From the NCBI GenBank assembly GCA_016188605.1, contig JACPHP010000013.1:2846-66845 (forward strand): DNA of 64,000 nucleotides, written 5' to 3'. A program made the translations under genes and the position numbers. The stretch is from Candidatus Spechtbacteria bacterium (GTDB lineage Bacteria; Patescibacteriota; Minisyncoccia; Spechtbacterales; JACPHP01). This document shows, piece by piece, positions 8,661 to 19,048 of the stretch. A model generated the notes under the pieces. That model did not search any database. It was given only the letters and a program-made list of their open reading frames with translations, and was not told where the DNA came from. Numbering within the stretch: the stretch's first letter is position 1; the number at the start of each line of letters is the position of its first letter.

Positions 8661-9575
8661 ATGCTTCGCTCTGTCAATTCCCAAACAATAACCTGGATTG
8701 ATATACAAGATCCTACTAAAAAAGATGTTGCTTTTTTGCAGCAAAATTTTCATTTTCATCCGCTTATTTTAGATGAGCTTATCCCTCCTAGCTATCGCCC
8801 TAAAGTTGAGCATCACGAAGATTACATGTTCCTTGTGCTTCATTATCCCGCATATAATAAATACTTGCGGGAAACCGAGCGGAAAGAATTGGATATTATC
8901 ATTACTAAAACCCACGTTGTTACAACCCACTTTGGGTCAGCTCTGCCTATCAAGTCTTTGTTCGATAAAACGAATCTTTACGCGGAGAAAAAGAAAGAAT
9001 ATCTTGGTCCCACAACAGGCCATCTACTCTATCATGTGATTTCTGCTATTCTTTCAGCATCAACACGCAAAGCTGATGAACTTGAAAATGAAATAGAGAA
9101 AATAGAGAAAGATATTTTTCAAGGACACGAAAGGGCGATGCTCTCTAAAATTTCACGCTCAAAGCGTGACGTAATTGACGTGAGACGTATTTTGGCGCCG
9201 CAAGAAAAGATCTTTGTATCTTTGGCAGCAGAAGAGAGAAAGTATTGGGATGGAAATTTAAAGCCATACTTTGAAGATATTATGGGCATGTATAACGGAA
9301 TATGGAATATTCTTCAGGAACATCGCGAAACTCTTGCTTCTTTGGGTGAAACCAACGAATCATTGCTATCAACAAAAACAAACAATATTATTTCAGCCCT
9401 GACTATAATAACCGCCATGTCGCTTCCCGCAATGACTATCACTTCTATATGGGGTATGCGAACAAACTACATGCCACTAATGAATGCGCGAAATGATTTC
9501 TGGATTATAATTAGCATCATTGCGATTGCGGAGGTTGTAGCTTATTATATTTTGCATCGGAAAGGTTGGGTTTAA
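8661..9575 (+). CDS. CorA-family divalent cation transporter (Mg2+/Co2+)
   Basis: The 304-aa product has a soluble N-domain and two C-terminal TM helices. WGMRTNYMPL aligns with the CorA GMN loop, here GMR. Confidence 0.65.
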   Translation: MLRSVNSQTITWIDIQDPTKKDVAFLQQNFHFHPLILDELIPPSYRPKVEHHEDYMFLVLHYPAYNKYLRETERKELDIIITKTHVVTTHFGSALPIKSLFDKTNLYAEKKKEYLGPTTGHLLYHVISAILSASTRKADELENEIEKIEKDIFQGHERAMLSKISRSKRDVIDVRRILAPQEKIFVSLAAEERKYWDGNLKPYFEDIMGMYNGIWNILQEHRETLASLGETNESLLSTKTNNIISALTIITAMSLPAMTITSIWGMRTNYMPLMNARNDFWIIISIIAIAEVVAYYILHRKGWV

Positions 9576-9587
9576 CGGTCTTAGGAT

Positions 9588-11048
9588 ATGTTTCTCTACG
9601 ATACTTTGTCTTCCAAGAAAAAACGGTTCATTCCTCGCAATAAAAAAAGCGTGGATTTATTCGTTTGCGGGCCGACGGTATACGATTATTCGCACATTGG
9701 CCACGGTCGCACATATATTTTCTTTGACGCGCTGACGAAATATCTGCGTATGCAAAAATTCAATGTTCGCTATGTGCAAAATATTACTGACATTGATGAC
9801 AAAATTATCGCGCGCGCTCAAAGAGAAAGCACGCCTTGGAATGAACTCGCGCATAAATTTGAGCAAGAATACTACGCCGACATGCAAGCGCTTGGCGTTT
9901 CCTCGATTACGAAGTATGCTCGCGCCACGGATTATATGGCGGCAATAATTCATCAAATAGAAACGCTAATTAAAAAAGGATTTGCCTATCAAACCAAAAC
10001 GGGCGTATATTTTGAAGTTGCAAAGTTCTCTGACTACGGCAAATTATCTGGCCAAAAGCTTGCCATGATTCGCAAGGCCGCGCGCACGGAGATTGACCCA
10101 ACTAAAAAACAGCCGGAAGATTTCGCGTTATGGAAGATGTCTAAGATAGGTGAACCCTTCGGTGGCACTCAGGGTGAACCTTCATGGAGTTCGCCGTGGG
10201 GTGATGGCCGCCCCGGCTGGCATATTGAAGATACCGCGATTACCGAAACTGAATTTGGAGCGCAGTATGATATTCACGGCGGCGCGCGCGACCTCATCTT
10301 TCCGCACCATGAATCTGAAATTGCGCAGATGGAAGCTTCTTCGGGCAAGAAACCGCTTGTGCGATATTGGCTTCATACTGGATTTTTGACAATCGGCGCG
10401 GAAAAAATGTCTAAATCTCTGGGCAATTTTATTACAATTCGTTCATTGCTTTCGCGTTATAGCGCGCAAGATTTTCGTTTGTTTGTGTTGGGAAAGCATT
10501 ATCGATCCCCTATTTCCTACGACGAAAAATATATGCGGGAAGCGCGCGGGCAAAGAATGCGCGTAGAAGAATTTATTCGAAGGCTTTCTGATGTACTCGC
10601 CTCGAGCAGTGCTCGTTCTGAACTTGTCGAACGGGTCGAGGAGAAAGGAAAAAGTTCTGTAACTACAGCCGCCGCAATAACTCGTTTCCAAAAACAATTT
10701 TGGACAAAGCTCGCTGATGATTTTAATACGCCCCAAGCACTTGCCGTCCTCTCTAAATTAATGACATATTTTAACGCTCGGCTTGATAAAAACACTGTTG
10801 ATAAGGCTGACGCTAAAAAAATTATAGCTTTCTTGCATTCCGTGGATGATGTGCTGGGTATTATTGAATGGAATAAAACACAGACGCAAGAAATACCTGT
10901 TGCCATTCAAGATTTAGTCGCAAAGCGTGAGTTCTTACGCGCGGAGAAAAAATGGCAGGAGGCCGATGACGCGCGAAAAGAAATTGACTCGCAGGGGTAT
11001 GTTATTGAGGATACATCAGAAGGGCCAAAAATTCACGCTAAAGGATAG
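9588..11048 (+). CDS. cysS: Cysteinyl-tRNA synthetase
   Basis: Class I aaRS signatures are present: CGPTVYDYSHIGHGRTY (HIGH) and KMSKSLGN (KMSKS). Length is 486 aa. Confidence 0.9.
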   Translation: MFLYDTLSSKKKRFIPRNKKSVDLFVCGPTVYDYSHIGHGRTYIFFDALTKYLRMQKFNVRYVQNITDIDDKIIARAQRESTPWNELAHKFEQEYYADMQALGVSSITKYARATDYMAAIIHQIETLIKKGFAYQTKTGVYFEVAKFSDYGKLSGQKLAMIRKAARTEIDPTKKQPEDFALWKMSKIGEPFGGTQGEPSWSSPWGDGRPGWHIEDTAITETEFGAQYDIHGGARDLIFPHHESEIAQMEASSGKKPLVRYWLHTGFLTIGAEKMSKSLGNFITIRSLLSRYSAQDFRLFVLGKHYRSPISYDEKYMREARGQRMRVEEFIRRLSDVLASSSARSELVERVEEKGKSSVTTAAAITRFQKQFWTKLADDFNTPQALAVLSKLMTYFNARLDKNTVDKADAKKIIAFLHSVDDVLGIIEWNKTQTQEIPVAIQDLVAKREFLRAEKKWQEADDARKEIDSQGYVIEDTSEGPKIHAKG

Positions 11049-11070
11049 CGGAGTTAAAATTAAAAAAAAT

Positions 11071-11574
11071 ATGCAAAATCAACAAAAACACTTCGGCGTC
11101 TTGGAAAAGATTGCCATAAAATTAACAGAAATGGCGGGAACCCCCGTATCCTTAATTGTGCATTCGTTTTTATTTGTGGGAATTTTCGGTTTGCGATACG
11201 TCGGGTTTTCCGTAGATAGTATTTTGTTAATTTTAACAACAGCAGTATCACTTGAGGCAATTTACTTGGCTATATTCATTCAAATGACTGTCAATAGAAG
11301 CGCGGAACATATTGAAACTGTTACGGAAAACGTGATGGATATTCACGAAGATGTGCAGGAATTAGAGGGCGATGTAGATAAATTGGAAGAAAATGTTGAT
11401 GAAATAGAAGATGATATTAAGGAAATATCCGAGGATGTAGACGAAATTCAGGCGGAAGAAGAAAAAGAAGAACAAAAAACAACGTTTGCAACAGCCAAAG
11501 CATTTTCATTGATTGAAAAACAATTACAGAAAGTTATAGAAGAGTTGGAGATATTAAAGAAGAAAGAGCGCTAA
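11071..11574 (+). CDS. Small membrane protein with acidic C-terminal coiled coil (DUF1003-like)
   Basis: Two hydrophobic helices are followed by an EDVQELEGDVDKLEENVDEIEDDIKEISEDVDEIQAEEEKEE repeat region. The listed ORF start at 10927 overlaps cysS, so the ATG at 11071 was chosen. Confidence 0.45.
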   Translation: MQNQQKHFGVLEKIAIKLTEMAGTPVSLIVHSFLFVGIFGLRYVGFSVDSILLILTTAVSLEAIYLAIFIQMTVNRSAEHIETVTENVMDIHEDVQELEGDVDKLEENVDEIEDDIKEISEDVDEIQAEEEKEEQKTTFATAKAFSLIEKQLQKVIEELEILKKKER

Positions 11575-11603
11575 TAAAGCTTTGTTATCAAAATAGAAAA
11601 AGC

Positions 11604-11631
11604 GGCTACTAAGATTAGTAGCCGCGCGTTG
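11604..11631. terminator. Bidirectional hairpin terminator
   Basis: GCGGCTACTAAGATTAGTAGCCGC, flanked by A/T runs, lies between the convergent DUF1003-like gene and arfB. Confidence 0.55.
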
Positions 11632-11675
11632 ATGGGTCAATTTTGCCGAATGTAACCGCTCACAGTATTGGTCAA

Positions 11676-12035
11676 TTATTCTTTTGCCATCTCTTTTCTG
11701 CCTGCCTTTTTTTCTGACTGCTTGCGTTTTTCCTCTCGTCGCTTGCGTTTTTCACTGCGCGGAACTTTTGTTGGCACGCGCGGCTCTGGCGGATTATTCA
11801 GCTCTTCCAGCTTCTCGCGCAATCGTTCAAAGGCGAGTTCCCTATTTTGCGATTGCGATCTGCTCTCGGTTACAGTCACCACAATACCAGACGGACGATG
11901 CGTTAAACGCACGCTGGTTTCCACCTTGTTGACGTTTTGCCCGCCGGGACCTGAACCACGACGAAAAAACTCCATGTCGCTATCGCGCTCCATGCCTTCC
12001 CTATCTGTCGCGTAATGAACTTGTTCGTCGGCCAT
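11676..12035 (-). CDS. arfB: Alternative ribosome-rescue factor ArfB (peptidyl-tRNA hydrolase, GGQ domain)
   Basis: [19 protein letters not shown] is a GGQ motif. The basic C-terminal tail is [18 protein letters not shown]. Length is 119 aa. Confidence 0.75.
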   Translation of the reverse strand: MADEQVHYATDREGMERDSDMEFFRRGSGPGGQNVNKVETSVRLTHRPSGIVVTVTESRSQSQNRELAFERLREKLEELNNPPEPRVPTKVPRSEKRKRREEKRKQSEKKAGRKEMAKE

Positions 12036-12175
12036 AATTATTATCTCCTTTACTAGGGAGTCCCGGCCTCCCTAGTTAGACTAGTTAGACTTAACTTACT
12101 TATTCTATTCTTATCATACGAAATGCATAGAAAATTAAAAGTCCCCTAGCACAATTGCAAGGAGACTTTTTCTTT

Positions 12176-13729
12176 TTAATCAACTGGCGCGACTGGATAT
12201 TCGCCAGTAAAGCATCCGTCACAAAAATTTGCGCGCGGCTTGCCAATTGCGCGGTACAAGCCCTCTACACTTAGATAGCCGACATAGTCCGCTCCGATTG
12301 CCGCGCGAATTTCTTCTAGAGAATGATCGTACGCGATTAAACCTTCGCGCTTCGGGATGTCTATGCCCAAATGACAGGAATATTGTATTTGCGGCGACGC
12401 GGAAAGAAAGATAATCATACGTGGATCAAAAGTTCGCAAAATTCGCACAACCGCCTTTGATGCGTTGCTTCTTACAATAGAATCATCTACTATTACGACA
12501 ATGCAACCACGCAGAAGTTCGGGAATCCCGTTGTGCTTGAGAGCTTGCAGAAGCCATCGCTGGTCTTCAATGGGATCCATGAATGTCCTGTTTACCCGCC
12601 CCTTAATAAGCGCGGTCTCAAAAAGATGAGTAAACATCCCACGCGTATATTCAAATTCTTTGGCGTAACCCATGGCAGCCGGCAAACCAGAATCCAGTAC
12701 TGGAACCACAATATCCACATCTATTCCAGTTAAAGGATGTTCGCGCGCTAGCTCTCGACCCATGGCTTGACGTGTTAGATATATGCGCTTGTTATCCAAA
12801 AGTGAGTCGGGGCGAGAAAAATACACACGTTCAAACATGCAGCCGCGCCGTTGCTCTGCCTGGCACCATTGCTCCACGCAAATTCCCTCGCGGGACAGCG
12901 TAACGAGAGTACTTGGAGCAAGTTCCTGAATGCTCGAGCACGAAAAAGCATTCAAAGCGCATGTTTCCGATGCGACAAGAGCGTATTCTTCATTTTCCCC
13001 CACGCAAAGAGGGCGAATAGCAAAGCGATCGTTTACCGCATAAACTATATTGTCATACAGTAAAACCAACGAAAAAGATCCTTTCAATAATTCCAGCGTT
13101 TCAATCAGGGCTTCCTTGAATGTCGGCGCGCTGGATGTTTGAATGAGCACCGCGATAAGCTCGGTGTCAGTGGTTCCCTCCAGCGCGTAACCCCCGCGTC
13201 CTTGAATAATTGCCTTCAACTGTTCAAGACCAATAAGATTTCCATTATGCGCTATAGCTGCCTGTTTATGCTGAAAAATAAACAGAATAGGATGAATATT
13301 ACGCGAAGTGCTCTCCCCTGTTGTTGAGTAGCGCACATGCGCAATGGCGGCATCGCCATGCATATCATCTAGCGGGCTCCGAACATCCGTCAGCTCCATT
13401 TTGTTGAGCGGCTTTTTCATGTTACGCTTGTCGGCGTCAAACTGTTCCGCCAACCACCGCGCAAGATAGCTTGCGATGTCGGCATTTGCCATAGCCAAGT
13501 TATTAACTACTAGATCCACAATTTTTTCTTCCGGGATGCGTTTACGAAACACCCAGTCAATTGTGCCCATCTCCCGATGAGTTACTAAATCAGCATTATA
13601 GGAAACAGTAATGCCAGCGCTTTCTTGACCGCGATGTTGAAGCTGAAATAGGCCGGTGAAGGCAACCTTGGCGATAGTTGTTGCATCTATTTCTTTCATG
13701 CGAGAGACGACCCCGAACACTCCGCACAT
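12176..13729 (-). CDS. purF: Amidophosphoribosyltransferase
   Basis: N-terminal MCGVFGV carries the Ntn-hydrolase catalytic Cys. A PRTase domain follows. C-terminal CDGCFTGEYP are the Fe-S ligand cysteines. Confidence 0.9.
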   Translation of the reverse strand: MCGVFGVVSRMKEIDATTIAKVAFTGLFQLQHRGQESAGITVSYNADLVTHREMGTIDWVFRKRIPEEKIVDLVVNNLAMANADIASYLARWLAEQFDADKRNMKKPLNKMELTDVRSPLDDMHGDAAIAHVRYSTTGESTSRNIHPILFIFQHKQAAIAHNGNLIGLEQLKAIIQGRGGYALEGTTDTELIAVLIQTSSAPTFKEALIETLELLKGSFSLVLLYDNIVYAVNDRFAIRPLCVGENEEYALVASETCALNAFSCSSIQELAPSTLVTLSREGICVEQWCQAEQRRGCMFERVYFSRPDSLLDNKRIYLTRQAMGRELAREHPLTGIDVDIVVPVLDSGLPAAMGYAKEFEYTRGMFTHLFETALIKGRVNRTFMDPIEDQRWLLQALKHNGIPELLRGCIVVIVDDSIVRSNASKAVVRILRTFDPRMIIFLSASPQIQYSCHLGIDIPKREGLIAYDHSLEEIRAAIGADYVGYLSVEGLYRAIGKPRANFCDGCFTGEYPVAPVD

Positions 13730-13885
13730 GAGTGACCTCCTTCTGCGGTTTGTTATTTAGGACTGACGCGTTTAGCGCAAATTATGTTGTTATGAGCATG
13801 TAAAAGTACGTAATGAATTACTATACCCCGTCATTCAGTATATAGTCAATTGTTCATTGTTCGTTGTTCATTGTAATATACCCAT

Positions 13886-16600
13886 ATGCCAAAAGACACT
13901 CAGTCAGACAAACTTCCCCCGCAAAGTATTGAAGCAGAGCAGTCGGTTTTGGGCTGTTTAATGATTGATCGCGACGCGATATACAAAGTTTCCGATGCTT
14001 TGTTTGCCGATGATTTCTATCGCGGCACGCATCGCGGTATTTATTCTGCCATGGTTGGGTTATATGAGCGGCGAGAACCGATTGATATTGTCAGTCTTTC
14101 TCAACGTCTCAAAGAAGAAAATCGGCTAGAGGAAATCGGCGGGCACAGCTATCTTGCCGAACTGATTAATCGCGTGCCCACCGCGACTCACGTTGTGCAT
14201 TATGCAAATATCGTACGCCAAAAGCGCGTTTTGCGCGATTTAATTACCGCGGCATACGACATAGGCCAGCTTGGCTATCGTGAGGGCGATAATATTGACG
14301 AGCTGCTGGATGAAGCGGAAAAAAGAATTTTCCAAATTTCGCAGCACAGTCTTTCACAAACGTTTGTGCCGTTTAAGCAAGAATTAGAATCGGCATTTAA
14401 CCGCATTGACCAGCTTAATAATTATGACGGCACTTTGCGCGGTATGCCAACCGGTTTTCATGATCTTGATAATATACTCGCGGGACTGCAAAAATCTGAT
14501 CTCATTATTCTTGCTGCGCGCCCCAGCCGAGGAAAAAGTTCCCTCGCGCTTGATATTGCGCGCCAAGCGGCGTTACAGGCCAAGCAACCCGTCGGCTTGT
14601 TTAGCTTGGAAATGTCAAAAGACCAGCTAGTTGACCGTATGCTCGCGTCGCAGGGTTCTGTAGATCTTTGGCGTATTCGCACGGGCAAACTTTCTTCACA
14701 AGGAGAATACAATGATTTTACAAAATTGCAACATGCTCTGGATACTCTTTCGCAAGCACCAATTTTTATTGACGACGCGGCAAGCGCCAGTATGCTGCAA
14801 ATTCGTTCTATGTCGCGCAGGTTGCAGGCAGAGCGAGGACTCGGGCTGATTATTGTTGACTATTTGCAACTTATTCAACCACGCAATCCCAGCGACCCGG
14901 TAGTGCAACAGGTTACCGAAATTTCGCGTTCCTTGAAAGGACTGGCACGCGAGCTAAACGTGCCCGTGCTAGCGCTGTCGCAGCTGTCGCGCGCTGTAGA
15001 ACAAAGAGGCGGTTCCCCTCGCCTTTCGGATTTGAGAGATTCTGGATGTCTTGCTGGAGATATGCTTATTACACGCGCAGATACCGGAGAACGAGTTTAT
15101 ATCAAAGAGCTTGTCGGACAAAAAGATATTCCTGTTTTTACTCTCAACCAAGATCATAGGATTATTTCCACAAAAATAGAAAAAGTCTTTTCAAATGGCG
15201 TTAAAGAGATCTTTGAACTTAAAACCAAAACCGGACGAACTATTAAGGCTTCGTCTAATCACAAATTCTTTACGCTTCACGGCTGGCAGAGAATTGATGA
15301 ACTTGAACCAGGCGCTAGAATTGCTTTACCGCGCGCTTTAGAAATAAAAAAATCAAGCGCAGACCTTTCAAGAAACGAACTTACTCTACTTCCTCACCTC
15401 ATTGGCGATGGATGCATTTTACCGCGCCAACCTATGCACTATACAAGTGCCGATTGGGAGAACATACAGACCGTCGCGCAAGCTGCTGCAAATCTTTTTG
15501 GCATTTCGCCCCGCATAGTAAGGCAAAAAAATTGGTGGCATGTATATCTACCATCACCTTATCGTCTTACACGGGGCAAATATCACCCAATTACTTTATG
15601 GTACAAAAAGTTAGGGTTGGAGAGAGTGCGTTCCTACAATAAACAGATTCCTGTCGCGCTTTTCAATGCTTCGCCGGAGCAGATTTGTCTATTCCTCCAT
15701 CATTTATGGGCAACGGATGGAAATATTTCATGGAAAAAAATTGCAGGGAGAAAGCCGACTGCGGCAATTTATTACGCAACTTCCAGCAAACAACTTGCGC
15801 AAGATATTCAGCACCTTCTTTTGCGTATTGGGATTTGGAGCTCGTTAAGAAAAGTGTCTCAACATGATTATAGGTCAATGTATCATATTATTATTCAAAG
15901 CGCTCCCATACAACTCAAATTCCTTAAAACAGTAGGATGCGCCGGAGAACGCGGAAAAATAATTCCAAAACTTATTTCGGCATTACGCGCGATTTCACCT
16001 AATACAAATACCGACACTATCCCTAATGAAATTTGGGATATGCTAGTGGAACCTGAAAAAGAAAAAATTGGCATAAGCTGGCGTGGCGTGGCAAGGGGTA
16101 TGAACGTCGCCTATAACGGTTCGGCGCTTTTTGCAAGCGGCATGTCGCGGGAACGTTTGACGCGTGTCGCAACCGTCTTGTCCAGTAACGAGTTGCGCCA
16201 TTTTGCCGAATCTGATATTTATTGGGACGAGATTACTTCTATAACTCCATGTGGAAAAGAAGAGGTTTATGACGCAACTATTCCTGGTACGCATAATTTC
16301 GTAGCAAACGATTTTATTGTGCATAACAGCATAGAACAAGATGCCGACGTAGTTTTGTTTATTCATCGTGACGATAAAGACCAAGAGGACGCGGAGCGCA
16401 ATAACATCGCTGATATTATTGTCGCCAAACACCGCAATGGTCCGACAGGAAAAATTCAGCTTTACTTCGATGATAGAGTGGTTAGTTTTAAGAATCTAAC
16501 GAGCCAAGCCAGCGCGCCGCAAGAGCCAGTTGCTATGCCCTCGCCAACACCCAAAGAGACTTCGAATGAAGAGATTAGTTTAGAGGATTTTGAGATATAA
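13886..16600 (+). CDS. dnaB: Replicative DNA helicase DnaB interrupted by an intein
   Basis: DnaB N-domain (QSIEAEQSVLG) is followed by the RecA-like domain (ARPSRGKSS Walker A, IIVDYLQL). At the conserved LSDLRDSG site an insertion beginning CLAGDMLI and ending VHN|SIEQDADV (C-extein) interrupts the gene. The 904-aa product is about twice normal DnaB length. Confidence 0.9.
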   Translation: MPKDTQSDKLPPQSIEAEQSVLGCLMIDRDAIYKVSDALFADDFYRGTHRGIYSAMVGLYERREPIDIVSLSQRLKEENRLEEIGGHSYLAELINRVPTATHVVHYANIVRQKRVLRDLITAAYDIGQLGYREGDNIDELLDEAEKRIFQISQHSLSQTFVPFKQELESAFNRIDQLNNYDGTLRGMPTGFHDLDNILAGLQKSDLIILAARPSRGKSSLALDIARQAALQAKQPVGLFSLEMSKDQLVDRMLASQGSVDLWRIRTGKLSSQGEYNDFTKLQHALDTLSQAPIFIDDAASASMLQIRSMSRRLQAERGLGLIIVDYLQLIQPRNPSDPVVQQVTEISRSLKGLARELNVPVLALSQLSRAVEQRGGSPRLSDLRDSGCLAGDMLITRADTGERVYIKELVGQKDIPVFTLNQDHRIISTKIEKVFSNGVKEIFELKTKTGRTIKASSNHKFFTLHGWQRIDELEPGARIALPRALEIKKSSADLSRNELTLLPHLIGDGCILPRQPMHYTSADWENIQTVAQAAANLFGISPRIVRQKNWWHVYLPSPYRLTRGKYHPITLWYKKLGLERVRSYNKQIPVALFNASPEQICLFLHHLWATDGNISWKKIAGRKPTAAIYYATSSKQLAQDIQHLLLRIGIWSSLRKVSQHDYRSMYHIIIQSAPIQLKFLKTVGCAGERGKIIPKLISALRAISPNTNTDTIPNEIWDMLVEPEKEKIGISWRGVARGMNVAYNGSALFASGMSRERLTRVATVLSSNELRHFAESDIYWDEITSITPCGKEEVYDATIPGTHNFVANDFIVHNSIEQDADVVLFIHRDDKDQEDAERNNIADIIVAKHRNGPTGKIQLYFDDRVVSFKNLTSQASAPQEPVAMPSPTPKETSNEEISLEDFEI
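15047..16327 (+). mobile_element. Intein (about 427 aa) with LAGLIDADG homing-endonuclease domain inside dnaB
   Basis: N-terminal Cys (CLAGD), internal LLPHLIGDGC (LAGLIDADG-like), C-terminal HN followed by Ser of the extein. The intein is in frame, 1281 nt. Confidence 0.8.
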
Positions 16601-16720
16601 TCAATCTAAAATCTTAAATGGCAAATCTCAAAACTGAATCTTAAAACTCAAATCTTCGCTAGTAGTTTTACGATTTACGTTTTAGTTTTGAGATTTTAGT
16701 TTTGAGTTTTAACATTTTTT
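16601..16720. repeat. AT-rich word palindrome, CAAATCTCAAAT family
   Basis: Left arm A-rich (AATCTTAAATGGCAAATCTCAAAACTGAATCTTAAAACTCAAATCTTC). Right arm is its T-rich complement. Confidence 0.8.
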
Positions 16721-16723
16721 ACA

Positions 16724-17335
16724 ATGTTTCCAAAACCAATCCAACAGCTCATAGAGCAATTAAGCGAACTTCCCGGCGTAGGGCCGCGGCAAGCGGCTCG
16801 TTTTGCGTTTTTTCTGATGAAGGACGAACAACGCCTGACATCATTACAGAACTCATTGCGGACACTACAAAACGAGATTGCTTTATGCGCTAACTGTTAT
16901 CTTCCTCACGAAAGAAATGATCAAAATCTTTGCGCAATCTGCTTGCATCCCAAACGCAACGCCTCAACTATTTGTGTGGTAGAAAAAGAAAGTGATGCAA
17001 TGCGCGTAGAAAAAGCGGGGGTGTATAATGGCATTTACTATATTCTGGGCGGAATGTTAACCCCGATGCGACAGGATAATAACATCAAAGAGCGCGTATC
17101 TGGCCTACGCAAAAAATTTGAACAACGTGGAGTAGGCGGCAAGGAGCTCATACTCGCGCTCAATCCTACTCGCGAGGGCATGTTTACATCTCTGTATATT
17201 GAAGAGGTATTAAAAAAATTGCCCGACTACGGCAATCTTCGCGTTACGCGGCTTGCTCGCGGCCTTGCGACTGGATCAGAGCTGGAATATGTGGACGAAG
17301 AAACATTGCGCAATGCGCTAGAGGGAAGGAAGTAA
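16724..17335 (+). CDS. recR: Recombination protein RecR
   Basis: HhH motif LPGVGPRQAARFAF, C4 zinc finger CANCYLPHERNDQNLCAIC, and a Toprim region. Confidence 0.9.
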   Translation: MFPKPIQQLIEQLSELPGVGPRQAARFAFFLMKDEQRLTSLQNSLRTLQNEIALCANCYLPHERNDQNLCAICLHPKRNASTICVVEKESDAMRVEKAGVYNGIYYILGGMLTPMRQDNNIKERVSGLRKKFEQRGVGGKELILALNPTREGMFTSLYIEEVLKKLPDYGNLRVTRLARGLATGSELEYVDEETLRNALEGRK

Positions 17336-17340
17336 GCAAA

Positions 17341-17370
17341 AAAGGAGGGTCAGACCCTCCTTTTTTGCTT
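17341..17370. terminator. Bidirectional terminator built from a GGAGGGTCAGACCCTCC palindrome
   Basis: AAAAAGGAGGGTCAGACCCTCCTTTTTTGC lies between convergent recR and rplU. The same palindrome core occurs in frame inside the helicase gene at 748-794. Confidence 0.7.
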
Positions 17371-17491
17371 TGCCCTGTATTCTGTAGGGTTGCTCAGTTA
17401 TCTAAATAAAATAACTGAGTGCTCGTAATTGCAACCAAGAGGACTGCGTTAAGCATAACTTGCCCTCTTGGACAATTACGGCATCTGTCTT

Positions 17492-17890
17492 CTATTTTTT
17501 CACGGTCTTCGCGCGAGTTCTGGTCTGCAGTTTGGCTGTGACAACTTTTTCTGACTTAACTACCGTCTTCGGAACAGCACCCTCTTCAATAGCCACAACT
17601 TCTACTTCCGTGAAAGGTTGGCGATGTCCCTTCAATTTCCTAGTGCGCTTTTTGCTTGTGTATTTAAATACAATAACTTTGTCTGCCTTGCCTTGCTCCG
17701 TTACCTTGCCACGGACAAACACACCTGGCACAAACGGCTGACCAACAACAACGCCTTTCGGTGAATCGTAAACAAGCACGGAATCAAAAATGACTTCCGC
17801 GTCTTTTTGAAATTCAAGCTTCTCCACCCGGACCCTTTTTCCAGGTTCTACTATATATTGCTTTCCTCCTGTTTTAATTACTGCAAACAT
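17492..17890 (-). CDS. rplU: 50S ribosomal protein L21 (with Lys-rich C-terminal extension)
   Basis: MFAVIKTGGKQYIVEPGKRVRVEKL is the canonical L21 N-terminus. The start was moved to the internal Met. Confidence 0.85.
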   Translation of the reverse strand: MFAVIKTGGKQYIVEPGKRVRVEKLEFQKDAEVIFDSVLVYDSPKGVVVGQPFVPGVFVRGKVTEQGKADKVIVFKYTSKKRTRKLKGHRQPFTEVEVVAIEEGAVPKTVVKSEKVVTAKLQTRTRAKTVKK

Positions 17891-17953
17891 AGTATTCTTT
17901 GTACCAAATAATAAACAATGCGTCAACATCGAGAATGCGGAATACAGTATTTA

Positions 17954-18979
17954 TTACTCCGCGTCTTGTACGGTGTATTCGGTATTCTGTATGCTATTTT
18001 TAATCTCCGAATGTGTAAAATTTAATAAAATGGGCATAATACATACTGTAACAAGTACCGCGCCAGCGCTTACGAATCCCAGGCCATATAGACTACTTAT
18101 AATACCTAACAGAGCAAAGACTGCGGTGCCACCAACATAAAGCAATACAATTTTCTTCGCGCCCCAGCCCATATCAACAAGCCGGTAATGCAGGTGGCGG
18201 CGGTCGCCTCCTTGCCACGGAAGACGTGCAGCTAAAATTCGCTGTGCGATAACGGAAAACCAGTCTCCCAGCGGCAAGGCAAAGGCGCATAGAAAAAGTG
18301 GAGTTAATTCCCACCTTATTGCCGGAGCGAGCGCGATTAACAATCCCATGCCCATGCTTCCCGCAGTACCCATGTATAAACGCGCCGGAGAATAGTTTAA
18401 AAATAAAAAACCGGCAAGCGATGATGCAAAAACAAACGAGTACAGCGCGTACAAGCCGTTACCAGCGAGCCAAAAAAATAATCCTAGAATCAACAAGCCA
18501 GTTATGCCCACGCTCGCAGCGAGCCCGTCAACGCCATCAACCCAATTAAAAGCATTCATTGAGTTAATCATAGCTATCGCAATAATTGCCATCCCGCCAA
18601 TGCTTAAAAATGAAATGGTGTCGTGTCGCAGCTGAACGAAACTCAAAGCAATTGAGGCTGCTACAAAAATTTGCATAGCAAGCTGCGGAAAAGGAGAAAA
18701 CCCCACGATATCATCAAGCAAGCCGAACAGCGCCAGGGAAAGAATTGCGAGCAAGATTATAATTGATTGCCCAGTATCTGCACCCATAACTAACGGCGCA
18801 ATGATAAGCATCGGGGCAACAAAGGCGATTCCGCCCCACATTGCGATCTTGCTTCCATCTGTCAGTGTATAAATACCCATTTTAAGAGCATAATGCCCAA
18901 CTATTTTAGCAACAAAAAAACTCACGGCACCAGCTGCGATCGCTAAAGCTGTTAGAAGTAGAAAAAAATCATCATTCAT
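17954..18979 (-). CDS. Glycosyltransferase family 4 polyprenyl-phosphate sugar-1-phosphate transferase (MraY/WecA family)
   Basis: Polytopic membrane protein with NAFNWVDGVDGLA (N-x-x-N-x-x-D-G-x-D-G-L motif). Length is 341 aa. Confidence 0.7.
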   Translation of the reverse strand: MNDDFFLLLTALAIAAGAVSFFVAKIVGHYALKMGIYTLTDGSKIAMWGGIAFVAPMLIIAPLVMGADTGQSIIILLAILSLALFGLLDDIVGFSPFPQLAMQIFVAASIALSFVQLRHDTISFLSIGGMAIIAIAMINSMNAFNWVDGVDGLAASVGITGLLILGLFFWLAGNGLYALYSFVFASSLAGFLFLNYSPARLYMGTAGSMGMGLLIALAPAIRWELTPLFLCAFALPLGDWFSVIAQRILAARLPWQGGDRRHLHYRLVDMGWGAKKIVLLYVGGTAVFALLGIISSLYGLGFVSAGAVLVTVCIMPILLNFTHSEIKNSIQNTEYTVQDAE

Positions 18980-19048
18980 GTTTTGAGTATTCTGCGTTTT
19001 TCTGCGTAAAGTCTGCGTCTGTCCGCGAGTGCCGTTTTACCAACGGCA

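Noticed and set aside
10927-11070. The listed start at 10927 for the DUF1003-like ORF, giving a 120-nt overlap with the cysS 3' end.
   Set aside because: The extension MSSYARRKNGRRPMTREKK... lies inside cysS in another frame and lacks membrane-protein character. The ATG at 11071 gives a compact product starting just after the cysS stop.
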